A stretch of DNA of 64,000 nt from Escherichia phage Mimir124. The first letter of the stretch is position 1, and each line of letters starts with the position of its first letter. The notes under the pieces are model-generated. The model was not told the DNA's origin, ran no database searches, and saw only the letters and a program-made list of their open reading frames with translations. The stretch lies in the sequence record PQ310662.1, one strand, 5' to 3'. This document shows, piece after piece, positions 1 to 7,735 of this stretch. The position numbers were made by a program, and so were the translations under genes.

Positions 1-1
1 A

Positions 2-181
2 CCTGTTGGTTCATCTGCTGGTACTTTGTCTATTAAGACTGCTCCGGATTCCGGTCGTGCTACAGCTACCATTTCTGGTAACGTACTGACGGTTAAACCA
101 GTGGCTGCTGGTAAAGCTACTTCTGTTGTAGTTACAAATGGTACTGTTGATGTAACCATCGCTATTACTGTTGCAGAATAA
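2..181 (+). CDS. 3' end of a gene encoding an Ig-like (Big_2-type) domain protein; 5' end lies outside the window; possibly a head decoration protein
   Basis: Open frame from the window edge to TAA at 179-181; translation ...ATISGNVLTVKPVAAGKATSVVVTNGTVDVTIAITVAE has the alternating hydrophobic, Thr/Val-rich beta-strand pattern of bacterial Ig-like domains; followed by a strong terminator. Confidence 0.4.
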   Translation, partial: PVGSSAGTLSIKTAPDSGRATATISGNVLTVKPVAAGKATSVVVTNGTVDVTIAITVAE

Positions 182-231
182 GGGTATCCCTTATTTGGGG
201 TTATAAACTCTGAGATAAAACCCTCAAGTTT

Positions 232-262
232 GACCTCCCTATTGAAGGGAGGTCTTTTTTTT
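232..262 (+). terminator. Rho-independent terminator
   Basis: GACCTCCC-tattgaa-GGGAGGTC stem-loop followed by a run of 8 T. Confidence 0.65.
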
Positions 263-287
263 GACTTAAACAAACTGGAGCCAGGAA

Positions 288-476
288 ATGTATAAAGAGA
301 TTGCATTCTTCTCGTTCTTGTTAGGTGGGTTAATTGGTGCAGGATTTGTAGCTATTTCTAATACCTACTTTGGTTCTACTCCAAACTCTGTAACGCAAAC
401 CCTCAAGCATGAATGTGAATTGAATATCCCTCGTAATCAAAGCTGCGTAATGCAGTTCGTACCGGAGAAGAAATGA
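288..476 (+). CDS. small hypothetical membrane protein
   Basis: 62-aa ORF with N-terminal hydrophobic helix (FFSFLLGGLIGAGFVAI); same strand as the block. Confidence 0.3.
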   Translation: MYKEIAFFSFLLGGLIGAGFVAISNTYFGSTPNSVTQTLKHECELNIPRNQSCVMQFVPEKK

Positions 477-658
477 AACTTACTCAGTCCCAAGCAATTT
501 TCCTTCGCATGGTTCAAGGTGGTTCTGCCACCAGCAACCGTAATAACAAAACGGCACAGTCTCTTAAGAAGCTGGGCTTAGTACAGTTCAATGCTGGTCT
601 TGGGTGGTCATTAACCCCTACCGGAGTACTTCAACTTAACGAATTAAAAGGTAACTAA
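473..658 (+). CDS. hypothetical protein
   Basis: 61-aa ORF, start overlaps the upstream stop (ATGA), typical phage gene packing. Confidence 0.3.
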   Translation: MKLTQSQAIFLRMVQGGSATSNRNNKTAQSLKKLGLVQFNAGLGWSLTPTGVLQLNELKGN

Positions 659-985
659 ATGAAAACTTTAATTGCTGTTGTTCTAGTAGCTTTATCAGTT
701 CTTTCATTCGGTGCTCAAGCATCTAGCCGTGCAACCTTATTGGAAGCTGCTGCTGATTACAAAGCCAATAATGCAAACTTTGTGAATCAGGGTTACTTCA
801 TGGGTATGGTTACTATGGGTGTGGAAGCAGGAAAAAATTGTGTACCTGACGATATGAAATTAGGGCACATTTTTGACAGAGTGGCATCTATTATTCTGTA
901 TGACCGAAAGGTTAATGCAGTAAAAGTACCATCAGACATGATTTTGTTGGCGATTGATACAGCGTATCCCTGCGTTAAATCTTAA
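659..985 (+). CDS. small secreted or periplasmic protein of unknown function
   Basis: N-terminal signal peptide (MKTLIAVVLVALSVLSFGAQA, AxA cleavage site), two Cys in mature part. Confidence 0.45.
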   Translation: MKTLIAVVLVALSVLSFGAQASSRATLLEAAADYKANNANFVNQGYFMGMVTMGVEAGKNCVPDDMKLGHIFDRVASIILYDRKVNAVKVPSDMILLAIDTAYPCVKS

Positions 986-1019
986 TTAGTAATTCCATTA
1001 ACTTTAGGAGAGTAAGTAA

Positions 1020-2072
1020 ATGGCGAGCATTGACTCCTTGACTGTATGTAATACACGCCAAGCCCGTAACTTTATTATCCGTGCCTTGCAAGCAGGTAAC
1101 GTGCCGTTCCTGACTTCATCACCAGGCATGGGTAAGTCTGCAATTATCCGTTCTGTTGCAGATGAATTTGGTATGAAGCTGATTGACCATCGTCTGTCTA
1201 CTTCTGCCCCAGAAGACTTATCTGGTCTGCCATTCCGTAATGGTGACCGCGCAGAGTTTATCCCTTTTGCTGACTTATTCCCTATTGAGGGGGATGAAGT
1301 ACCTGAAGGTTATAATGGCTGGCTCCTGTTCCTTGATGAGTTCAACTCAGCTAAGAAAGAAGTAGTAGCTGCTGCATACAAACTGATTCTCGACCGTATG
1401 ACTGGTCAGAAGAAACTTCACCCTAATGTAATGATTGTCTGTGCCGGTAACAAAGCTACTGACCGAGCCATCGTTAACCCACTGGGTACTGCAATGCAGT
1501 CCCGTGTTGTCCACTTCGAAATGGAACTTAACTTCGACATCTTTGTTGAAGACGTAATGATTCCGCAAGAATGGGATGAGCGTCTGGTTGCATTCTTACA
1601 TGCTAACCCTGGCTATCTGCACGACTTCGACCCTGCCCATAAGAACAAAACATTCTGTTGCCCTCGTACCTGGGACTTTGTTAACAAAGACCTTAAGAAC
1701 CGACCAGAAGGCGCTCTTCCTGATGAAGATTCTATCTACTATGCAGGTCACGTTACTGCCGGTAAAGCTACAGAGTTTGTTCAGTTCACTCAGGTATACA
1801 ATCGTATGATTACGATTGAGAAGGTAGTCAAAGACCCTTTGGGATGTACACTGCCTGAAGATAATAACCTGTGCTGGGCTACCGTTAACCATCTGGCTAA
1901 CAAGACCACTGAAGATAACTTCGCTGATGTTCTTCAGTATATTGAACGCTTTAAAACGTTCACTCATAAGATTCTGTACTTCCGTACAGTAGGCAAAGCA
2001 TTACCAGAAATTCAGGCTACCCCTGAATGGCGTAAGGCTGCTGCCAATATCTCTCGTTACATTCACGGATAA
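1020..2072 (+). CDS. AAA+ ATPase, MoxR-like
   Basis: Walker A SSPGMGKSA, Walker B LLFLDEFN; RBS AGGAG upstream; partner VWA gene downstream. Confidence 0.6.
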   Translation: MASIDSLTVCNTRQARNFIIRALQAGNVPFLTSSPGMGKSAIIRSVADEFGMKLIDHRLSTSAPEDLSGLPFRNGDRAEFIPFADLFPIEGDEVPEGYNGWLLFLDEFNSAKKEVVAAAYKLILDRMTGQKKLHPNVMIVCAGNKATDRAIVNPLGTAMQSRVVHFEMELNFDIFVEDVMIPQEWDERLVAFLHANPGYLHDFDPAHKNKTFCCPRTWDFVNKDLKNRPEGALPDEDSIYYAGHVTAGKATEFVQFTQVYNRMITIEKVVKDPLGCTLPEDNNLCWATVNHLANKTTEDNFADVLQYIERFKTFTHKILYFRTVGKALPEIQATPEWRKAAANISRYIHG

Positions 2073-2079
2073 TCACATC

Positions 2080-2556
2080 ATGAACTGGAATGACTTGTTC
2101 ACATACAGCAATGGTGCTCTTTACTGGAAAGTATCTAGAGGCCGTGCACTAGCTGGGGCTGTTGCCGGGAGTGTGGACAATAGTGGATACGTTAGAGTCA
2201 AATGCTTCAAAAAGATGTACTTGGTTCACCGTATAATCTATGAAATGGAAATCGGCCCAATCCCTGATGGCTACCAGGTAGACCATATTGACCATAACAG
2301 GTTAAATAACTACCCAAGTAACTTCCGTTTAGTCACCAATTTAGATAACTGCCGTAACCAAAAGAAAAGGATAACCAATTCTTCTGGTATTACAGGAGTC
2401 TATTGGCACTCCAGAGATGAAATATGGGCTGCTTCCATAAATGATAATGGTAAGCAAATTTATTTAGGAAAATTCCCTAGTAAAGAAGAAGCTGCTAAAG
2501 CCAGGAAAGAGGCTGAAAAGCTTATTGGTTACCATAAAAATCATGGAGCACCTTAA
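2080..2556 (+). CDS. HNH homing endonuclease with C-terminal AP2-type DNA-binding domain (copy 1)
   Basis: HNH_3-like motif YQVDHIDHNRLNNYPSNFRLVTNLDNCRN and AP2-like SSGITGVYWHSRDEIWAASINDNGKQIYLGKF..EEAAKARKEAE. Confidence 0.7.
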   Translation: MNWNDLFTYSNGALYWKVSRGRALAGAVAGSVDNSGYVRVKCFKKMYLVHRIIYEMEIGPIPDGYQVDHIDHNRLNNYPSNFRLVTNLDNCRNQKKRITNSSGITGVYWHSRDEIWAASINDNGKQIYLGKFPSKEEAAKARKEAEKLIGYHKNHGAP

Positions 2557-3731
2557 TGAATAACATACCTACACATACCCTTACTGATGAACAGTTAATG
2601 AGGGAGTACGACAGGATCCAAGCCAACGCATTTCTTGGACGCAGCGCAGCGTTTTTTGGTTCATTGCTGTGTAGTCTTAAGTTCTCATGGAAACGTGAGG
2701 ACTGTCCTACTGCATGTACCGATGGGATAGAACTCCATTTCAACCCAGACTTCTTTATCTGGATGTGTCCCGATGCAAGAGAAACAGTGCTAATGCACGA
2801 ACTCTGGCATGTGGCATATCTGCACGGCATCCGTTGTGGAAGCCGTGACCCGGAAGTCTGGAACCAGGCATGTGACCACTTCATCAACCTTCAGTTAGAA
2901 GAAGATGGTTACAAGTTCACTGGTATCGACAAAGGCATTTGCAAAGACCCTCAATATAAAGGATGGGTCGAAGAAGACATCTACGATGACCTGATGAAGA
3001 ACCCTCAGAAAAGGCAGAAGCCGTCAGGGGGTGCTGGAGCAGGTCTTGCTGGCGACATGAAAGCTCCCTCTTCGGGGCAGTCCCAGGGTGCTGTTGTCAA
3101 CAACGTAGTACGTGCAATGCAAAGCCAGAAGATGGCTGGTGGAATGATGCCCGGTAAAGGTGCTGGTCGTATGGAAGAGGTAATTACCCAATTCCTTAAA
3201 CCAGTGGTTCCTTGGCAGGAAGTCCTGCTGAACTTCTTTACCGACATTGATGACACACACTATACGTGGGCCAGACCTAATCGTCGTTTCACTGACATCT
3301 ATCTACCTTCTCTGGAAGATGATGAAGGACGCTTACGACACTTAGCTTACTTTGAGGATGTATCTGGTTCTATTAGTAGTGCTGACTCTCTGCGTTTTAA
3401 CTCAGAGGTTGCCTACGTTAAGAGCCAGTTCAATCCTAAGAAGATGACCCTTATTACCTTCGACGATATTATCCAAGAAGAAATAGACATCACTGAAGAA
3501 GATACTTTTGAAGAGATTAAGATTACCGGTCGTGGTGGTACAAACCTTGAACCAGTGCGTGAATGGATTATTAAGAATAAGCCAACCGCTGCAATCATAT
3601 TCTCTGATATGTATGTTAAACCAATGGAAGAATTACCATTTGATATCCCTATCATCTGGTGTGTTCTGAATAATCCCAATGCTACCGTACCTTTTGGGGA
3701 GGTAGTTCATATCCATAAAGGAATGAAATAA
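2556..3731 (+). CDS. VWA-domain protein with N-terminal HExxH metallopeptidase-like motif (partner of MoxR-like ATPase)
   Basis: HExxH (MHELWHVAYLH) in N-terminal part; MIDAS-like DxSxS (DVSGSIS) in C-terminal part; start overlaps the HNH stop. Confidence 0.5.
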   Translation: MNNIPTHTLTDEQLMREYDRIQANAFLGRSAAFFGSLLCSLKFSWKREDCPTACTDGIELHFNPDFFIWMCPDARETVLMHELWHVAYLHGIRCGSRDPEVWNQACDHFINLQLEEDGYKFTGIDKGICKDPQYKGWVEEDIYDDLMKNPQKRQKPSGGAGAGLAGDMKAPSSGQSQGAVVNNVVRAMQSQKMAGGMMPGKGAGRMEEVITQFLKPVVPWQEVLLNFFTDIDDTHYTWARPNRRFTDIYLPSLEDDEGRLRHLAYFEDVSGSISSADSLRFNSEVAYVKSQFNPKKMTLITFDDIIQEEIDITEEDTFEEIKITGRGGTNLEPVREWIIKNKPTAAIIFSDMYVKPMEELPFDIPIIWCVLNNPNATVPFGEVVHIHKGMK

Positions 3732-4237
3732 TGGTTGTTAACGGTAATTCTCTATATCGTTCGTCTCAATTGCTGGATGTACCAGACCGTAAGGTATCCG
3801 AGCATGGTGTAAGTTATGGGCTAGGTGAAGCCGGTTATGATATTCGTATCAAACAAGACATCACCTTCTATCGCTTATTTGGGTTGATTCCAATGGTGAA
3901 AATCGTTGATGGAAAACAAGTATCACGCCATCTCGGTAAATTCGCATTGGCTTCAGCAATTGAGAAGTTCAATATGTCCCCATCCTGTGTAGCTATCGTT
4001 CATGATAAATCCACATGGGCAAGACGTGCATTATCAGTATTTAATACCGTAATAGAACCAGGGTGGAAAGGTTGGCTTACTTTAGAGCTTGTCTACCATG
4101 GTCGTAAGAAATTGCATATCCCGGCTGGTTCTGGGATAGCTCAAGTATTATTTCATCTGGTTCAAGAACCTGCTAATTACAATGGCAAGTATATGAACCA
4201 GGAAAACAAACCAGTAGCTGCTAGACCTTCAAAATAA
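3731..4237 (+). CDS. dCTP deaminase / dUTPase-superfamily protein
   Basis: Motifs GEAGYDIRI and GWKGWLTLEL resemble dCTP deaminase signature regions; 168 aa. Confidence 0.45.
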   Translation: MVVNGNSLYRSSQLLDVPDRKVSEHGVSYGLGEAGYDIRIKQDITFYRLFGLIPMVKIVDGKQVSRHLGKFALASAIEKFNMSPSCVAIVHDKSTWARRALSVFNTVIEPGWKGWLTLELVYHGRKKLHIPAGSGIAQVLFHLVQEPANYNGKYMNQENKPVAARPSK

Positions 4238-4267
4238 AAGGCTATCCGGCTTAGTCAAGGAAACAAT

Positions 4268-4468
4268 ATGTCAGTATTTCAAGTAACTCCTGTTGGCAGT
4301 ACTATGCGTAAAACTATTGTTGCAACTAACGTAGTAGACGTAGATGAAACTCCGGCAGGTGCTGTAATTCGTCTGATTGATGGACGTTCAGTATATGTAG
4401 AAGAAAGTTATCGTTCAGTACGTGGTTATATTCGCAAAGCCATGACTACCGCTTCTGACGCAGAGTAA
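4268..4468 (+). CDS. hypothetical protein
   Basis: 66-aa ORF with RBS-like AAGGAAACA upstream. Confidence 0.35.
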   Translation: MSVFQVTPVGSTMRKTIVATNVVDVDETPAGAVIRLIDGRSVYVEESYRSVRGYIRKAMTTASDAE

Positions 4469-4505
4469 GTAGCTGCCTAAATAGCCCAGCATAATTGGGC
4501 TATTT

Positions 4506-4802
4506 GTGAAGAAACTAACTCAACCCTACATAGGAACCATCATGGAATCTTTAGCAGCAATCCTCGTTCTGTTATTCGCACTAGCTGTATACCTTATCCC
4601 TACTATTATTGCTTTTACACGAGGCCATGCCTCTAAGTGGGGTATTGGTGTACTCAATATCGTATTAGGCTGGTCTTTAGTCTTCTGGGTAGTAGCACTG
4701 ATTTGGTCACTGTCTAATAAAGGACAGTCTCAGACTACAATCGTTAACGTTGGTAGTGGTAATCAGTACAACGTGTCTCAAACGAGCCAGTCTGATAAGT
4801 AA
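4506..4802 (+). CDS. superinfection immunity-like small membrane protein (Imm family)
   Basis: Two TM helices and motif PTIIAFTRGHASKWGIGVLNIVLGWSLVFWVVALIWSLS matching the conserved core I recall for phage Imm proteins. Confidence 0.5.
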   Translation: MKKLTQPYIGTIMESLAAILVLLFALAVYLIPTIIAFTRGHASKWGIGVLNIVLGWSLVFWVVALIWSLSNKGQSQTTIVNVGSGNQYNVSQTSQSDK

Positions 4803-4877
4803 CTAACCTAAGCATCATTACATAGTGGTGCTTGCGGAAGTTACTTCCAGCTCATTGCTTATCCATCTCCTAATCCA

Positions 4878-4903
4878 AGCCCACCTAACCCGTGGGCTTT
4901 TTT
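4878..4903 (+). terminator. Rho-independent terminator
   Basis: AGCCCAC-ctaaccc-GTGGGCT followed by TTTTTT. Confidence 0.6.
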
Positions 4904-4919
4904 AATTACAGGTACTCGT

Positions 4920-5309
4920 ATGTCAAACAGACGAAATGGTAAGTCTATCTTGCAAGGGATGGACTTCGGTAAGCTGGAACAAACTGCAATGCTTACTTTA
5001 GGTAAAACTATGCACGACCTGGTGGAAAAGAATGGAATTAACTCTGATGTTTATGCAGCAATGCAGGTTCTTATTCAGAAAGGATGGACTACTAGTAGAC
5101 CTTTTAGCACCACTTCATACATTCCCCCAGAACCTCATCTGAAATCTAAGGTAGACCGAATCATAGATAAGTTCTGGGCATATCCAGGAGAAGGTCACAT
5201 GTACCTATACTTGGAGCAGTTACGAAAGAATCCCATTACTCGTGACTTGTTCAAGGGTAAAAGTACTACCCATCACTACCCCTGGTATAGAAGAGGTAGT
5301 AAATACTAA
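4920..5309 (+). CDS. hypothetical protein
   Basis: 129-aa ORF, compact spacing. Confidence 0.4.
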   Translation: MSNRRNGKSILQGMDFGKLEQTAMLTLGKTMHDLVEKNGINSDVYAAMQVLIQKGWTTSRPFSTTSYIPPEPHLKSKVDRIIDKFWAYPGEGHMYLYLEQLRKNPITRDLFKGKSTTHHYPWYRRGSKY

Positions 5310-5752
5310 TGCGTATCCCATTCCTAAGAAAAAGGGAACGAAATCCTGTTCTTTATAATAAAGGTATAGAGGATGAGTATGAACTCAACCGTAAAGCCCG
5401 TTCCTACACAACAAAATTATTTATGGGGACTAACAACCCTGATAGATTACTGGACTTTGTTTTTGAACAAGTCTTTATCATATACAGCTTAGCTATGTCT
5501 GCTGGTTCACAAGAAGTAAGTGATAAGGCAAGGGATGCTCTCTGTATGCTCCGTAAAGAGTATGAAGCCCTCCTGTATGAAGACTTGTACTCCTTTAAAA
5601 AAGAAACCGCTGTAGCGTGTTCTGTGGCTCTTACTGAAGGTATATCAGTATTACAGGAACTACCTCGTAGTGAGTTTAAGCTGGTATATGTTCAGGCCAG
5701 GAAGATTACAGAAAACCGTAGTGGTATTACTAACTATCTAAGGTCATTCTAA
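5309..5752 (+). CDS. hypothetical protein
   Basis: 147-aa ORF, start overlaps upstream stop. Confidence 0.4.
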   Translation: MRIPFLRKRERNPVLYNKGIEDEYELNRKARSYTTKLFMGTNNPDRLLDFVFEQVFIIYSLAMSAGSQEVSDKARDALCMLRKEYEALLYEDLYSFKKETAVACSVALTEGISVLQELPRSEFKLVYVQARKITENRSGITNYLRSF

Positions 5753-6696
5753 TGATTAAGGCAACTGTCATTGCAGATTCCGTTCATCATGCAACGGGTA
5801 CTCGTATTACTACCTTTGAATTGGTCTATCCCCGATTCATTCACAGTGAGTTTATGACTCACCGTGTGTTCAACCGCAATGCTTCAAGCAGTCGTGCTAT
5901 CCCCACATCTAAGTTCATCGAACAGGTTCGTAAGGAACCAGTGATGCCAAGTCACTGGGGCAAGAACCAGAAAGGTATGCAAGCAGATGAAGAACTCACT
6001 CCTATGGAGATTGAGGATGCTAAGTTTATCTGGGATAACGCTGCATCTGCTGCTGCTGTATATGCTGAACAACTCCGTCGTGGACAAGTACATAAGCAGA
6101 TTGTTAACCGTATTCTGGAACCATTCACGCATATCCGTGTAGTAGTAACTTCAACTAGCTGGGCTAATTTCTATGGCTTGCGTGACCATGAAGACGCTCA
6201 ACCAGAGATTCGTGAACTGGCCCAAGCAATGCGTAAGGCTCATAATGAAAGTGTTCCATCAAAACTCATGCAAGGACATTGGCATATGCCATATATCACT
6301 GCTAATGATCGTTTTGCTGCTTACGATTTCTGCAAACATCAACGAATTACTCGTGATGAACCAAGTGGTGCAGAAGTGTATGGACTACTTCTCAAAGTAA
6401 GTGCTGCACGTTGTGCCCGTGCTTCTTATAACAACTTCGAGGGGCGACCTTCTACTATTGAAGAAGACCTTGGCTTGTTCGCTAAGTTAGTGGAAGACCA
6501 GCCTATTCATGCTTCACCAACGGAGCATCAGGCTACGCCTATGAACCTTGGTGAGAAGTATGTGAATAACATGAACCCAGTTACCTGGGAACAAGGTGTT
6601 ACATCTATGGATAAAGAAGGAAATCTGTACTCAGGTAACCTGCTTCACTTTATCCAATTCCGTAAGTTAATTCCTGGTGAGACTATTACTGAATGA
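5752..6696 (+). CDS. thyX: FAD-dependent thymidylate synthase (ThyX-like)
   Basis: ThyX-like signature region HRVFNRNASSSRA (degenerate RHR-x7-S) and downstream DAQPEIRELAQAM; 314 aa. Confidence 0.45.
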   Translation: MIKATVIADSVHHATGTRITTFELVYPRFIHSEFMTHRVFNRNASSSRAIPTSKFIEQVRKEPVMPSHWGKNQKGMQADEELTPMEIEDAKFIWDNAASAAAVYAEQLRRGQVHKQIVNRILEPFTHIRVVVTSTSWANFYGLRDHEDAQPEIRELAQAMRKAHNESVPSKLMQGHWHMPYITANDRFAAYDFCKHQRITRDEPSGAEVYGLLLKVSAARCARASYNNFEGRPSTIEEDLGLFAKLVEDQPIHASPTEHQATPMNLGEKYVNNMNPVTWEQGVTSMDKEGNLYSGNLLHFIQFRKLIPGETITE

Positions 6697-6932
6697 AAAA
6701 ACTAGCCCTGTATGCAATGCTACTTAGTACCTTACTCACACTGACCTACGCATACAAAGTCGCCTTTGTCGTAGAAACAGATATGCAGTTCATTCGAGCT
6801 AGTATTCTGTTATTTGTAAGTGAGATTGGTTTGTGGTGTGTTTACTACTTTGCTCGTGACTATGAAGCTATTAAAGAGCATGATGAAGCAAAAGAACGTA
6901 TGAGACGTTTCGTTGAAGAAAATCGTAAGTAA
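6693..6932 (+). CDS. small membrane protein
   Basis: 79 aa, two hydrophobic segments, followed by terminator. Confidence 0.35.
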   Translation: MKKLALYAMLLSTLLTLTYAYKVAFVVETDMQFIRASILLFVSEIGLWCVYYFARDYEAIKEHDEAKERMRRFVEENRK

Positions 6933-6938
6933 ACCTAA

Positions 6939-6963
6939 GACCTCCCCCGGGAGGTCTTTTTTT
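6939..6963 (+). terminator. Rho-independent terminator
   Basis: GACCTCC-cccg-GGAGGTC followed by TTTTTTT. Confidence 0.65.
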
Positions 6964-6992
6964 GGTTTCAATTAACTCTTTTAGGAGGGCAT

Positions 6993-7205
6993 ATGCCTGC
7001 TAAATACCGTATCAAAGACACACCACTAATGTGTGAGGGTGAGAAAGGTGACATTGTATATGCCTGTATCCAAGACGATTTCAATGCTGCTCTGATGTTA
7101 ACCCAAATGACAAATACACTGCATGTATCAGTAACACTGGATCCTACCGGTGACTATCCATGCTTCCCTATCCCTGCCCACAACCTGGAGCAAATCCATG
7201 ATTAA
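6993..7205 (+). CDS. hypothetical protein
   Basis: 70-aa ORF with AGGAGGG RBS 7 nt upstream. Confidence 0.4.
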   Translation: MPAKYRIKDTPLMCEGEKGDIVYACIQDDFNAALMLTQMTNTLHVSVTLDPTGDYPCFPIPAHNLEQIHD

Positions 7206-7524
7206 TCCTGAAGTTATTCATAGTAAAACTGGTAAAGCTGTTCCACTCAGTGATATTGCAGTTACCGGTGATATTGCTGCTTGCCCAGCTAACATCGCCT
7301 CCCTATGTATGTGCATTGCTGCACTGGCAGAGGAACGTAAATTATGGCTGGAACCAAGCAAGGAGATGATTCAGGCTGGTTTAGCTGAAGTGCAGAATGT
7401 GCTTGATAACTGGGAAGATAACGGTCCGTTACCTTATGGTACGGTTAATGACATTACTGATGACATGGCATCAGATATGGCTGTATTCATCCTTCAAGCA
7501 ATGGCAGGTAAACGTAATGGCTAA
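7198..7524 (+). CDS. hypothetical protein (start chosen at internal ATG 7198; longest ORF begins 7150)
   Basis: Frame of the 7150..7524 ORF; ATG at 7198 avoids a 56-nt overlap with the upstream gene. Confidence 0.35.
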   Translation: MINPEVIHSKTGKAVPLSDIAVTGDIAACPANIASLCMCIAALAEERKLWLEPSKEMIQAGLAEVQNVLDNWEDNGPLPYGTVNDITDDMASDMAVFILQAMAGKRNG

Positions 7525-7735
7525 TGTAAATATCGCCTCAGAGAAAACGTATAGCATTCAGATCAATGGCTTAACAGAATAACAAGTCTTATTCCTAATG
7601 AATGCTTTTCAAAACAGTCCATTGGGTCACCACCCCAATGATGAACCGCTGGAAGAAGCTGAACTACGTAAAGCTATTTTTGATAAGTGTAAACAAGTAC
7701 TACTTTAAGCAACATTTAAACTGGAGAATAAATAA

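Noticed and set aside
2522-2887. 121-aa - strand ORF overlapping the HNH and VWA genes
   Set aside because: Antisense to two well-supported + strand genes in a uniformly + strand block.
4836-4848. GGAAG-tta-CTTCC hairpin (5-bp stem, 3-nt loop) as an N4-type vRNAP hairpin promoter
   Set aside because: I cannot recall the N4 promoter consensus precisely enough to match it, and the location (3' of a middle-region gene, just before a terminator) fits a simple RNA 3' hairpin better.
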